Positions 26,401 through 38,472 of a stretch of DNA of 64,000 nucleotides are shown piece after piece (within the stretch, counting starts at the first letter, position 1; every line of letters starts with the position of its first letter). A program made the position numbers and the translations under genes. The notes beneath the pieces were generated by a model. It saw nothing but the letters and a program-made list of their open reading frames with translations, had not been told where the DNA came from and made no database searches. The stretch covers positions 23,312,001 through 23,376,000 of the forward strand of contig NC_047062.1 in the NCBI RefSeq assembly GCF_902459465.1, given 5' to 3'. Source of the stretch: Asterias rubens (lineage: Eukaryota).

Positions 26401-26860
26401 TTATGTTGCAAAATCCTGGCTGGGTTAGTATAGACTTGGGAAAGTATGGAGTATACAGTGCTTTGCACACATTGGTGTAAGGGTAATAAAACCCCAAAAT
26501 ATTCACAGGTTTGTTATTTCATGTGCAATCACACATAACATGAACACTGTCTATTTTGTCAAATGTAGCCATGTGTACTACACACAGTTGACAGGGCAGC
26601 TTGATTTGAGACAAATAAAGAACTTTAACTCATTCATAGGTTGCCACTTTCTCTTTGAACAGATCCAACTTTCTCAGCTTCACCGTGCGACTGTCATGGA
26701 GCTTGGACCAGTCAGTCTACAATTTGAAATCAAGAACTTTGTCAGTTCACAGTTGCAAGTTAAATATCTCAAGTTGTTCGACCGTCAGCATTCGTATGTT
26801 CCGTATCGGTGGGTGCGCTATGTCACACTGAGTGATTCCTACACCATAAGACTAAGGTGA
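17446..26860 (+). CDS. AP4M1: AP-4 complex subunit mu-1; 13 exons: 17446-17503, 19878-19963, 21327-21433, 21816-21912, 22084-22206, 23101-23172, 23344-23415, 23569-23635, 24599-24759, 25334-25425, 25589-25687, 26010-26127, 26663-26860 (449 aa)
   Basis: Phase-consistent exon chain: MLSQFFIISSRGDVLINKD, ELLSRV...KDYCG.[56 protein letters not shown]...VSSQLQVKYLKL...PYRWVRYVTLSDSYTIRL. GYGTAVRLD and the FG...APS.AA.KP segment favour the AP-4 mu paralogue. Confidence 0.93.
17660..18560. mobile_element. Mutator-like/foldback non-autonomous element, 901 bp, TIRs about 350 bp, 9-bp TSD
   Basis: CCTATGTGT|TAGTTGCGATAATCG...CGATTATCGCAACTA|CCTATGTGT. Arms 17660-18007 and 18197-18560 are near-perfect inverted repeats. 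Confidence 0.9.
18899..19074 (+). mobile_element. MITE with CAGG/CCTG ends (family D; other copies about 5795-5960, 33900-34006, 40470-40565, 50320-50435, 63495-63572)
   Basis: Shared sequence gcttcgtttttgaaagggcaag...aagggcacc...ggaggcaatcgcc...gaagtatcaggcctg. Confidence 0.65.
19290..19565 (-). mobile_element. Degraded 3' end of a CR1/L2-group LINE
   Basis: The minus strand reads ...LMYKI...TQSYHKCKYQVIPARIKLYKYIIFPTT, a degenerate version of the LINE ORF2 C-terminal motif. Confidence 0.55.
20009..20435 (-). mobile_element. Kolobok-like MITE family A, subfamily B, with a short internal insertion
   Basis: Reverse-complement copy of the 11084 element with TTAA flanks. Confidence 0.85.
23778..24017. 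mobile_element. Harbinger/PIF-like MITE family 2, inserted just after the B-box of a tRNA-SINE
   Basis: GGCCCAATTTCATAGAG...CTCTATGAAATTGGGCC flanked by CAG/CTG. The host SINE (about 23690-24060) has GGTTCGAATCC immediately upstream. Confidence 0.8.
24185..24574 (+). mobile_element. Kolobok-like MITE family A
   Basis: TIRs and TTAA flanks; ends 24 nt before AP4M1 exon 9. Confidence 0.85.
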
Positions 26861-26893
26861 CAACAGTCATTTCCATTCCAGTGTTTATATCTC

Positions 26894-27281
26894 TTAAAGG
26901 CAGTGGGCACTATTGGTAATTACTCAAAATATTTATTAGCATAAAACCTTTCTTGGTGACGAGTAATTGGGAGAGGTTGATGGTATAAAACATTGTGAGA
27001 AACGGCTCCCTCTGAAGTGCCATAGTTTTTCGAGAAAGAAGTAATTTTCCACGAATTTGATTTGGAGACCTCAGGTTTAGAACTTGAAGTCTCGAAATCA
27101 ACCATCTAAACGAACACAACTTTGTGTGACAAGGGTGGTTTTTTCTGTCATTATTATCTCGCAAGTTCGATGACCGATTGAGCTCAAATTTTCACAGGTT
27201 TGTTATTTTATGCATTTGTTGAGATACACCGACTGTGAAAGCTAGTCTTTGACAATTACCAACAGTGTCCACTGCCTTTAA
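26894..27281 (-). mobile_element. Kolobok-like MITE family A
   Basis: Reverse copy with TTAA flanks, 33 nt after the AP4M1 stop. Confidence 0.85.
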
Positions 27282-27285
27282 AGAT

Positions 27286-27530
27286 GGGAGTGTGGTGGCC
27301 GAGCGATTAAGAGAGCAGATTTCAAGCTCTGGTATATCAGATCAGCAGAGTGTGGGTTCAAGTCTCAGTCGTGACACTTGTGTTCTTAAGAAGAACCATT
27401 GCTTCATCCTTTGGATGGGACGTAAATCTGTAGGTCCTGTGTGTTGTTATGCAAACTATCAACGCATGTAAAAGACCCCAGTACACACTCATCGCAAATA
27501 GAAGGTGGTTTGCACCCGTGTGTCTGGCAG
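27286..27530 (+). mobile_element. tRNA-derived SINE
   Basis: A-box-like gtggccgagcg, B-box-like gggttcaagtc, then gtgacacttgtg and a body shared with fragments near 21640-21760 (-), 23690 and 51765. Confidence 0.7.
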
Positions 27531-29296
27531 TGCGTTTATCTTTAATCATGACCTGCTTCTACCCAACAGAAAAGGTCAAAGTAAAGGTCATGTTCTGAAT
27601 CAACATTTTCCAATACTAATCATGGTTAGGTATTGCCCACTTTTCTAAATTTGAAACCATAAAAATTTTCCAGAAATTTTGACCGGAAATGTTGGCTAAA
27701 AAAAACCAAGTGGCCAAATGATAGTTTGATACATTAAATAGCGCCCCTCTCAAGTTATGTATTCTGCCTCCCCCTCATGTTAAAGAAAGTGTCTGGTTAC
27801 GATAACGACACTGTTTGCAGTTGATATTGAGGACCAATACTTCATGCAGGCTACAGATTCAATTACTTCTATGTGTTGGTGCTTCTTGAATCCCCCACAG
27901 CTACCTTTACAAACAAGGTACCTAACCCCTAGAAGAAGGCCTGTCAATTGTCCGACAGGGGATTTCTGAAAATAATTTATATTGTGCAATGTTATCAATT
28001 CAAGTTTTTGTATTTCTTTTTTTTATATTATTAATGAATAGACGATGTGACCTCCGACGTCACACAAAAACCATAACATAATTTGCGTGCATACCGTTGG
28101 GCAAAACCTTTGTGTTTTGGCAGCCAGCTAGAAAGTGTATGCAATCTTACCATGACTACGTGTCGTTTTGCCTGGCGAAACATGACGTATACAGTGTTTT
28201 TCCAATAGAGGGCGGTTTAAATGTAAACACAGGTCACATCGTCTATATGTATGTCTGGTGAGCTTTCCATATGATATTTCAGGAGATAGAAGATCAAGAC
28301 TTGTGGGGACCCCTTGCACAACGCGGAAGCACCTCCTAAGAATGTGCGTCTATCATTTCCATCATTTGTGCACAGTTTTAACTCTCAAATTAACTCCCAC
28401 AATAGCGGACAGGATGGGCACATGTTAGTGCGCTAAGGGTTGTGCAAGGGTTCTATACCAAGTATTTATTCACTGTGGTTTGTAGTTAAAATACAAACTC
28501 GATAGATTTGTTAAGAAGCAATGTTGCTTCAAACTCAATTAATGAGTAGGTTTACAGGAAAATTCAGCAAAATAATGACAACATTAAGTTTTCTTTTCAT
28601 AGACTGAAAAAAGCTTTACAATTATGTACATGTACTGCATTATTCATTGTTGATATGTTAACACCCATATAGGCCTAACTAGGAAACCATTGCTTTGGCT
28701 TGATTGTTTACAGTTTGTATGCTTATCCATAAGTCAATCAAACTTTATCACAGAAAGTTGACAAAAGATATTTCATTTGTTTTCACTTTCATTCAGCTTT
28801 AATAAATATTTTCTTTCATAAACTCTGCATAGTTTTAAAGTATAAACAAATGTATCTTAGATCTATACAACTACACAAGATGCAAACTTGGCAATCTTCA
28901 TACAAATCCATGTGGAGTGAACACCAACTGTCGACGGTCATATAATTCCATGTACTTTGGGCGATTAACTTTCGTTTTGTATGGCAAAAAATCTAACAAT
29001 GAAAAACTGTAGGCTGGGACTTGTATCATGTGACCTTCAATTAGAATTCCTCTTCTTTTCCTTGTGAGTAGGCCAACATATTTGTTGATTCCTTAATTGC
29101 TGTTAGCAAGAAAGTTTGTTACACAGACGTTATTTATCGCTGGTACAACCTAATGCCTACAGACATGTTTTATCGCTGGTTGAACCTATAGCCCACTAGA
29201 CAGTTCAAACACAAACAACCAAGACTTCCTGCATCCGGGAACTTCAGTTAAGTCAAACACTATTCGTTTAATCACACTCGTCTGTGTCCATGATAT

Positions 29297-31750
29297 TCAC
29301 TTGAGGTCACCTGGCCCTCTATAAGACACCTCAGTCAAGTCAATGGGGTCTACTACATGGAGCTCTTCATAGCGTCTCTGTATCAAGCGCAACTTGGCTC
29401 TGTTGTATCGACAATAACCACTGAAAAGGAAAATAATATAATAACAGTAAATAAGAAAGAAATACAGTCTTTCTTAGAAATGTTGAGTTTTTTCCTCTTC
29501 AAACTTCACATGTTGAATTTGTCAATACCTTTTCAATCTTGCGATGGAATAACTTGGTTTCTCAGCAGACCTTTCCTGCAGTGTGTGTGTGCTGATACAG
29601 CAGTATTGAGACTCATAGTTTTAGCAAAACTTTGGTGAAAGGGTGTTCAAGATTGCTGGAAATTTAAAAACTGGGGGTCCAAATCGTTCACTTATTAAAC
29701 CAAAATGGCAGATAAAACAAAGTGTCCAAATTCAAAACAGGGTATCCGAAGACCACCCAGACACCCCTCTGGCTAATACTATGCCGAGACTGAACAATCA
29801 CTTCTTTGATGCTCAAGGCTTTGATTGAGACAACAAGAAGCTCAGAAAAGTTCGCTGAACAGTTTGTTGTGACATTAAAAGGCTTTCTCATACTAGCAAA
29901 GATGACATCAAACTTACAAAGTAACTAGTGTCGTTAGTGTGAATGCTGCCACTCCAATATCTGCCGACCTCTTCACACGACCTGCGAGTATACAGAAAAA
30001 TTGAAACTGAATTATTAGATCGTTCTATATTTTTTTCCTAATTCTAAGGTTTATTTTGTTGACCAAAAAAAGAACAGGGCATGGAAACAAATAAGTTTTA
30101 AATGAGCAGAACAAACAGCAGAGTCATGGCTGACAAGTGATCCCAAACTAGGAACAGAATGTTAATAAGAGATACTATGGTGAAAGTTAAAGATTTCAAG
30201 GAAACAGTATCCGCAGGACTCGAAACGATGATCAACATGCAAGATTTCTACATAGCTCATTAAAATAACTCCTTTTTTCACAAGGTAGACATTTAAAAGT
30301 GTGAATTTACTAATACTAATTGTGGCTTCTTTATATAGCGCACATGTCCGTCACCCAGTGACGCTCCTGGCGCTGTAACATACAGTATTTCCTGCCAGAT
30401 GTGGGACTACGTTTGAATTATGAGACCTAGTTCTGATAGCACCATGTAATGCTTTACAAGGTGCTGTGGCGCAATTTGCTGCCGATCGGACCAGGAACAC
30501 TGGGGCGAAACCCTTCTCTTTTCGATAAGTGCACTGGGTTCTTTTACATGCATTACATATAAAACACATAAAAATGAAATTTCTCATACCGTATTTTGTT
30601 GTTGTCGAGTAGATTTACTTTCCTTTACTAGCACTTAAAACACAAATACAAATGGAAACTGATTCCCCAAGATGTTGAATGCCTAAGGGTACATCTTTAT
30701 TGAAAACTTGGAAATTCACTGTTGTACCCGCCCCCTCAAGCCAACCTTGTTGGTCTCTCATATGGCTCTCTTTTAAAATCTGTCTTATCATTATCATAGT
30801 CATCCTAATAGTCGATGTTAGAGCCATGTTACGATAACAGCACTACATTGACAAGGTGGGTTACACTACAAGGGTCCAGTTTTTAATTCATTAGTCCTAC
30901 AGTATATTATCCCCTTACTGGTGAGAAGAAAGTTTGTTAATCCCGCTCCAAAGCCGCCTAGGATGCCAAACATAAAAGCATTTCTTGAGCAGGGCACAGA
31001 CTTGAACATTGATGATACTCTGGAGAACGAGGTCTGTAATAGAACAAAATCATTTAGTTGGTCAGAAAGGAACAACTCTCTGCATCTTTAAAGTAAGGTT
31101 TAAAGGTGTCCAGTGTAAAAGATTATTCAATGTCAATTGAGTTAGTTCCAAAAGCACTACATTCACTTCCCTGTCCGTGATGTGTACTTTAAACGTTAAG
31201 CCAAGGAAGTCCACATTTTTGTTCTTTTTAATATGACACAGAATAAATCTTCCATCTTGACTCTTCGTTATGATTATCGCAATACTCCCTTACACAAAAT
31301 GAGGCTTTTCTCTCAGAAATATTTATGTATCGGTCATCACCTTCTGAATCTGACCTTTTCACTAAATGTTAACAAACAGACGAAATATCACATCTGAGTA
31401 AGTTAGAATGATACTATAGTAATTTATTTTATAACAAATGAAAAAGTGTTGGCAGGATACAGAAATGTCTCAAATATAATTATAATAATATTAATAACAT
31501 CCAATTTTACAATGACATGAAGTAGTAATTGCTTTCCAGTGTTAAAAACCAAAACTCCATCTAAAAACTTGTTCTTCATAATTCTGATAGTGAGTGAAAT
31601 TCAGACAATTTACAAAAATGTGGGGAAATAGTCTAAGTAAACAAATGGCAATGAAAATATCATATTCATCATATTAACATAAAACATTGTAAAACAAGTT
31701 GAGTTCAAAAATACAGATGTTCCAACCTTTTCGCTGTCATTTTCGTCCAT
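29297..31750 (-). CDS. COX20: Cytochrome c oxidase assembly factor COX20; exons 31750-31727, 31033-30919, 29981-29918, 29420-29297 (108 aa)
   Basis: MDENDSEK|TSFSRVSSMFKSVPCSRNAFMFGILGGFGAGLTNFLLT|SRVKRSADIGVAAFTLTTLVT|FGYCRYNRAKLR... has the PCxR, two-TM and YCRY motifs of COX20, and the phases agree. The 8-codon first exon is the least certain part. Confidence 0.9.
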
Positions 31751-32226
31751 TGTTCTGTTGATGTTCTTTGCATTTAACAATTTAATACTTCATGCATACA
31801 GGACAGGCCAACAACGATGTCACTGTCAGAGATTGTTGCTGATCATTTAATAATAAACAAGTCACACTTCAGCATTCTCCAGTAGTTAATAACAAAACAG
31901 TTATAAGCAAGATTTTTAAACAGTTATACACAAATTACACGAACTGCTCGATATAAATTCACGTTATGTAAACTCAATGAACACGTGGTTCATGGGTGCA
32001 CAAAATAAATTTAGTCTGGTCCCTAGTAAGTACAACGTGACAACATAATCCGATGCGCTTGGATGTGATTTCGAAGTGTTGAACTTTGACCTCACATGAT
32101 AAAAAACGTACGTGTGATATGTGCAACGGAGTGGAAAATTTGCCGGTACCATTGCATTCTTCTCAGATCATCAGGGAGGACTCTTGGAATCTTCAACTGC
32201 AGAATCTTCAGTATAAATAACGAAAC
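31751..32226. promoter_or_regulatory. Probable bidirectional promoter and 5'UTR region between COX20 and MDH1
   Basis: Divergent start codons are only 476 bp apart (MDH1 ATG tentative). Confidence 0.55.
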
Positions 32227-35200
32227 ATGGTTGGTATTTATACATTCATTTAATAAAAATAGAAAGTATGAACTCTTTGTTTTGTTTGTCTAAGTATCGC
32301 ACCGAGTTCAAGTGAAAGCTGAAAACAACAAACGAAAAACAAAGCAGCCGCCTCATCCCATGAACTACAAAAATAATGCCGATTTTCTTTTTATAGTTTG
32401 TCGTTAGTGTAGTCATGCAGTTGATTGAAGAGACAAGTCGACCTTTAAAGAATACATTTTGGTTGTTGGAATTGCTCTGGAAACATGATATTTATTTCAG
32501 CAATTGAAGTATAATATATAAATAAAAATAAGAAGTGAAAAAAAGGCCTCAAAAGTAAAAACTTCTTTACTTTAAAATGAAATAATTTTTTTTTAAATAA
32601 AATTCAGTTCAAAATTCCAGATTAAAAAAAAAACCTGCTGGCACCCTGACCTTGACCACACATAGCGACCCCTATGGTTGATTGTGTATATACAAACTAT
32701 TTGATACAGATGCAGTATTTATTTTTTTCAAAATAAGGAAAAGTTTCCCTATGGCGCCACCACTTTTTCATTCGAAATGAAATAATATTGTATCTAATTT
32801 ACCTCAATGAGATATCCCTTTTATTTAGTAAAAATGAGTGAAAAAGTGGTGGCGCCATACGGAAAGTTATCCCAAAATAATAATAGTTTGAATATTCTAA
32901 TTCATGTTCAACATTTCAACAGATCATATTCGTAGAAACAACCATCGCAATTTTGTTGTATATTTACAACAAAGCAATAGGATAATTTATGTAATTTGCT
33001 CCATGCTTTAATGCAGTTAAGGAGGTTGAGTTTGATTGCCAAAGTTCCATGTCGAGTACAATCAAAAGAAAATTAAACAAAAGTAAACTTGAAGAAAGTT
33101 TTGGAAATAAGAATAAAGTAAAGATGACGGACTAGTGAAATGGCAAGCTAACTGGCCCTGTTGGCTAGTCACAGGTAAAAACAAAAAAAATGTTATTGCC
33201 ATTTATTCTTGAGATGCAATTCTTGCCTAAGTTTACCTGCCCACTTACTTCCATTGCTCTTTTTGTCTTTTCCCTCAGGCTCTTCGTGTGTGTGTTACTG
33301 GTGCTGCTGGTCAGATCGCCTATTCCCTGCTGTACTCCATCGCCAAAGGGGATGTGTTCGGAGCTGACCAGGTACAGCATTTTAGGTCTAATATCGAAAT
33401 GCCTACATGAGGCTGACCACCTTGCTACTAATAAATGCATTTATAAGCCCTGGTCTGATAACTCACAGAAGCATTAAATGCAATTAATAATAATAAATAA
33501 TAATAATAATAATAAGACTTGTAATGCGCACATATCCACCCTGCTGGGTGTTCAAGGCGCAGTAAAACCAAAAACAAAACAAAAACAAAACACAACACAA
33601 AGAAAAACAGACACAACAAAATTAGTCATTGAAAACCTGTGACATAAGATAAGTTTTGAGAAGAGACTTGAATTTTGCAGTACAAAGACAAGATCGAAGA
33701 TTAAGTGGTAGAGAGTTCCAGATGCGTGGCACGGCTGAAGAAAAAGACCTGTCACCCCATGAGTGTCGAGACTTGGGTTCAATGAGGAGAAGCATAGAAC
33801 TTGATCGAAGATTCCTTGATGGAGTGTAAACTTGAAGCAGTTCAGAAATATAGTGGGGAGCCTTGCCATTAAGAGCTTTGTCTCAATGTCCCTGGTCATG
33901 GATGGTCTTGGTGCTCCATTACAAATCTATCTTTTCCTCATTGAAGTGCCCTTTTACAAAGGAGAAATTGCCTCAAGTGCCCTTTGAATAGTAAGGCATC
34001 AGGCCTGCATGTATATTAAGGCAACGCCTCTATGGGCCTTTTCACACCAGGGAACTTTTTTTCATAACCAACTGCAGTACATGCTACAGGACCCACTTTG
34101 GTAGCACATGAGTAGTTTTTCAAACGAGGTCTTACGTTTCTCAAGAAAATTATGTGAACATTCAAATGTGAGTGGTGGTCTCTTCTTGGAGACTGCCTGG
34201 AACTGGATGCCTGTACATTGCCTTGTGTGTTATGTACCTAAGACTGATACAGTACTTCTACTCTTGCTTTTGACACCTTTGTGATGATTTTTAATAGTGG
34301 AATCAGTAGCATAGTTGACCTTGGACTGAGGACTGCAAGGATAATTGAATGTATTTTTTTATTCCTTAGCAACTGGAGCTTTTGCTGTTGGATATCCCTC
34401 CAATGATGGCAGTGGTTGAGGGCGTGAAGATGGAGCTCAGTGATTGCTCACTTCCACTCCTCAAAGGTAAGACAAAGTGTTGAAATCAGCCGTTAAGATG
34501 TTCATAGTTTGATCTTATCTTGAAGTTCATGTAGGTGGAGTAAGCTGCCCTAAAAAAAACTCAAAACTTTGCATAGTCCTTGTGTAGAAACTCCACCCCT
34601 TACAAGTTATCACATATACTCTGTTGTACCTGGTCCCAATTTTATAGAGCTACTTTAGAACAAAAAGAAGCTAAGCATGTACATATTACGGTTGCAAGAA
34701 TACGGTTGTCGGCAAAAATACCACTTAGATGCACCATGTGTGACTGGTACCCTGCTCATAATATGCTTTGCAAAAAAAATTTCAGCAATATTTTCTGCTT
34801 TAATAAGCAGCTTTATGAAATTAGGCCCTGTAGAGTTTGTTGTTTTCATTTCCCATGGTTTGATGAATGTATAATAAACCAAACATGTTGCCTGTTTGAC
34901 AGATGTTGTAGCAACTGCTGACTACAAGGAAGCTTTCCTAAATGCAGATGTGGCCATCTTGGTCGGTGCCATGCCAAGGAGGGAAGGGATGGAACGCAAA
35001 GACCTCCTTAAGGCCAATGCTAAGATCTTTGAGGGTCAAGGCAAGGCTATAAACGACTATGCCAAGAAAACCATCAAGGTATTGCACTCGCCACAAGTTG
35101 TCAAATTTTACCTATTAACCCTAAATTGGCCCACTAAATTTAGTTTTTTCCCGGATGCTTGGTGTAAGAAATTTGGTAACCAGGTGACAAGATGGTAACA

Positions 35201-38200
35201 AGGTACTGGCAAGGAATTAATTTGTTTCTGTAAAAAAAAGTTGTAGTGCTGAAAAGAACCAGTATTTTAGGTTTGTCTCGTTGCCGATCCTTTATCAAAT
35301 TGACATTTTTAAAATTTTATTTTGTACACCTCATGTCTGCCATAATGATCAGTGCAAATAAATTCAAATGCCGCTTGTTCTGAAGTGCATGTTCTACAGT
35401 CTTATGCCATTCTTTAAAGATGGGTGACAAAATGTGGAAGTTTCCCATTAACATTCCTGTAAAACCAAAAGAATGACTCGTCATTTCTTCATTCAGGTCC
35501 TTGTTGTAGGCAACCCAGCCAACACTAACTGTCTGATCACCAAGACATGTGCACCATCAATCCCTGCCGCCAACTTCTCCTGCCTCACTCGCCTGGACCA
35601 AAACAGGGCTCAATATCAGGTAAGTTAGTTTACATGTTGCACAGGAGATGATGTTTAGTATGGTTTAGAGGGGTGTTTGTTTAACCCTTTAGACACTATG
35701 ACCCTTTTCGAAACCACAGCTTCAGTTTTGGATTCGACTTCAGGATCCAACCTCTCGTCTGAAGCCCTGAGCACGTACGCAAAGCACACGCAGTTGTCAA
35801 AACGACCGCCTATAATGGCAGGAAATGGGTTGTACCAAAATGCCCATAGAAAAGTTGGGAAGGAAGTGCATTTTGCTCTACTAGCAAGGATGATAGTGGA
35901 TGATATCCATACTTATACCCTTACAGACTGTTAAGTGGGTAACCCCGTTTCAGCCCCAGGAGTACTAGGCAACGTGCCCCTTTGGGCAGTTGGTTTGGTT
36001 TGATACAAAATCGGTTAGAAGTGTAGCCCTCACCATGATGTGGCTGTCTGGTCTTGTGATGTTAGATGATCTCTCAAAATAATTCTTTTTTTAAATGGCT
36101 GGAAGATTTGCGAAAGTAGTTTAGGGTATCATCGTAAGAACACGTGTGGGAAAAGTGGATGGAAAGAAAGATAACATCCTTTTATAAACCCTTACCCTCA
36201 CAAATCCTACAACATACCTCTTTGCCAAAATGAAGGATTCAGAAGGACTTGGGGCTTTTTGCTTAAATAACAAATTTCTTATCACTGAGTTGGGCATTCC
36301 AATCTTATCCAAGTCCAAAATTTTTAGTGTTGTGACACGGAAGAGGAGAATTTTTGAGGACTTGGGTCGCCTGTAGGCAAGTGGGCATAGGGAGTTAGGG
36401 TTGATCTGCAATTACCAAAACTTTGGCTTTTTGCTGTTGGTAACTTTGTTCAATCATCTGGATTACTCTTTAAATGCCCTTTTCTATTGAAGGACATTGA
36501 ACCAAAAACATTGCTTGTGTATTCGCCATGTCCATATGACAATTTAAACCTTTGTCGCTTTTTCCCCCTGAAGGTGGCCAACAGGGTTGGTGTTCCCTGT
36601 GACAAGGTGCGCAACGTCATCATCTGGGGTAACCACTCCGCTACGCAGTTCCCCGATGTCAGCCAAGCTGTAGTGGTCACCAACGAGCGAACACCAGTCT
36701 ATGCTGCCGTTAAGGACGATGCCTGGCTCAAGGGAGACTTCATCTCTGTAAGTTCTTATCTAAAAAGCACAGACTACTTATCTGTAAAATTATTATGTGT
36801 ACGCCCATTCTAAACAAATAAAATCAATTTAGTGGTACACATTATGTTGGAGAGTGAACCAATTTAGTTGTCACAGCAGAGGTGATAATGGAATATAAGT
36901 CTTCATTTCAACTATCATCCCTGCAACTTTAATGATGGACTTTTGGGATGCTAGGTGGCAGCAGACTTACCAAATCGATAGATGTTCGCAAATACTTAGT
37001 ATGTGCACATTAGGCGTGTTATGAGGTGCATGCTGGTCTAGCAAGCGTTCAAGTTTTTATCTCTAGGTAGCTAGACCAGCATGCACCTCATTCAACAGTT
37101 AGCGCTTGCGCAATGGGTATTTGCGAAAAGGTATGTTCGAAAGTCTCCCATTGAGTTGAAATGCCTTCTTTTTTAAAACCTTGCTACATTTTCTCCCCAA
37201 GTTGCTGACAAAATTTTTTTCATTGACCAACGCATTTCTATTTGTCTGCTGAGGACAGCGTGCTTAAAACTGTTGCTATCATTATGTTGTTCATTTATTT
37301 CAACAGACCATACAAACTCGTGGTGCTGCTGTGATTGCTGCTAGGAAGCTGTCCAGTGCAATGTCCGCAGCCAAGGCCATCGGAGATCACATGCGCGATT
37401 GGTGGTTCGGCACCCAGCCGGTGAGTTCAATGGGTTCAACCAGAGGAGTGGGTGGACACCCCATATTGAATTTGTACACCCTTCTTTATCTCTCGTTAAC
37501 TTGTCCAAGCAATGGACACCTTGCATTATGACATCACAAGCTCAAATGCAACCTCTTTCCCATTGATGTATGATCTTTTCATGCCTCCCCCAGCATAACT
37601 TTCTTTTTGATTATAATCCTCTGGGGTGGGTTTTTATGGTAGTTACCAATTTTTCCCCCGATTGAATTGGCCACTGTTTAATCACTGGCCACTGATCAAA
37701 ACAAATATTGGGTACAGCTTTGAAAACGCACTCCTGAATTATTGCTAAATAAGCAAATAAATGGCGGTGTTGAACAAGGCCTTTGATAATTGATAGTTGT
37801 TGGCTATTATGCAAGATTCAAGCTCATTGGCATAAAACCAACAGTTGATATGTATAATTTGTGACTACTGGGTTCACTTGCTATTGTTATGCACATATTT
37901 TTGCTTTGGTCCCATAAGATTAAGGCAATGACTCCCTTCTTTTTGGATAGAAATTTCAAGACATATGGAACAATAATAAGTCCAATATTTTTTATTTGTT
38001 TTTACATTGTAGGATTTGAAATTTGATTAGTCTGCATTGTGTTGAACTAATTAGCGTTTTGAGGTATGGTGGGCACTATAGGAGTGCATTGTTTGGTTTG
38101 GATGTATACAGACAAATTTAACCAAACCACGTAGTGTCATTGTAAACTGTGTCCACCATATCTTAAAATGGCCTATAACGTGGTATGAAAAAACATGTAT

Positions 38201-38451
38201 CGCCGTCCCTTTTATCATTGCACGATATTTGCCCATTACAGGATGAGTGGGTTTCAATGGGTGTATTCAGCGACGGCTCATACGGAATCCCAGAAGGTCT
38301 CATCTACAGCTACCCAGTCAAGATCAGCGGCAAAGAGTGGTCTATCGTCCAGGGTATGGAGATCAGCGACTTTGCCCGGGAGAAAATGGACGCCACGGCT
38401 AAGGAGCTGATGGAGGAGAAAGAGGCTGCATTGTCTTTCCTCGGCCAATGA
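32227..38451 (+). CDS. MDH1: Cytosolic malate dehydrogenase; exons 32227-32229 (ATG only, tentative), 33279-33371, 34370-34466, 34903-35078, 35497-35619, 36574-36747, 37307-37420, 38242-38451 (329 aa)
   Basis: [109 protein letters not shown]. The first exon is inferred from aaacATG|gttggt in phase 0. Confidence 0.96.
32741..32868. mobile_element. Palindromic MITE of about 128 bp (second copy 42209-42332; degraded copy about 18725-18870)
   Basis: TIR tttcc.tatggcgccaccactttttca / tgaaaaagtggtggcgccatacggaaa. Confidence 0.75.
33482..33890 (-). mobile_element. 3' end of an L2-type LINE (ORF2 C-terminus plus (TAT)n tail)
   Basis: The minus strand reads [28 protein letters not shown]...[17 protein letters not shown]...FKSLLKTYL, then gcgcattacaagtc(tat)n. 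Confidence 0.8.
34633..34827. mobile_element. Harbinger/PIF-like MITE family 2 (CTG TSD)
   Basis: CTG|GTCCCAATTTTATAGAGC...GCTTTATGAAATTAGGCC|CTG. Confidence 0.7.
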
Positions 38452-38472
38452 CTCCAACAATCACAACTGTGA
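38449..38472 (+). other. Putative stop-codon readthrough extension of MDH1 (X-L-Q-Q-S-Q-L-stop) ending in the PTS1-like tripeptide SQL
   Basis: TGA CTC CAA CAA TCA CAA CTG TGA. Confidence 0.6.

Noticed and set aside
26858-26942. AP4M1 stop is also UGA-C, so possible readthrough
   Set aside because: The extension runs into a MITE and ends without any targeting motif, so there is no supporting evidence.
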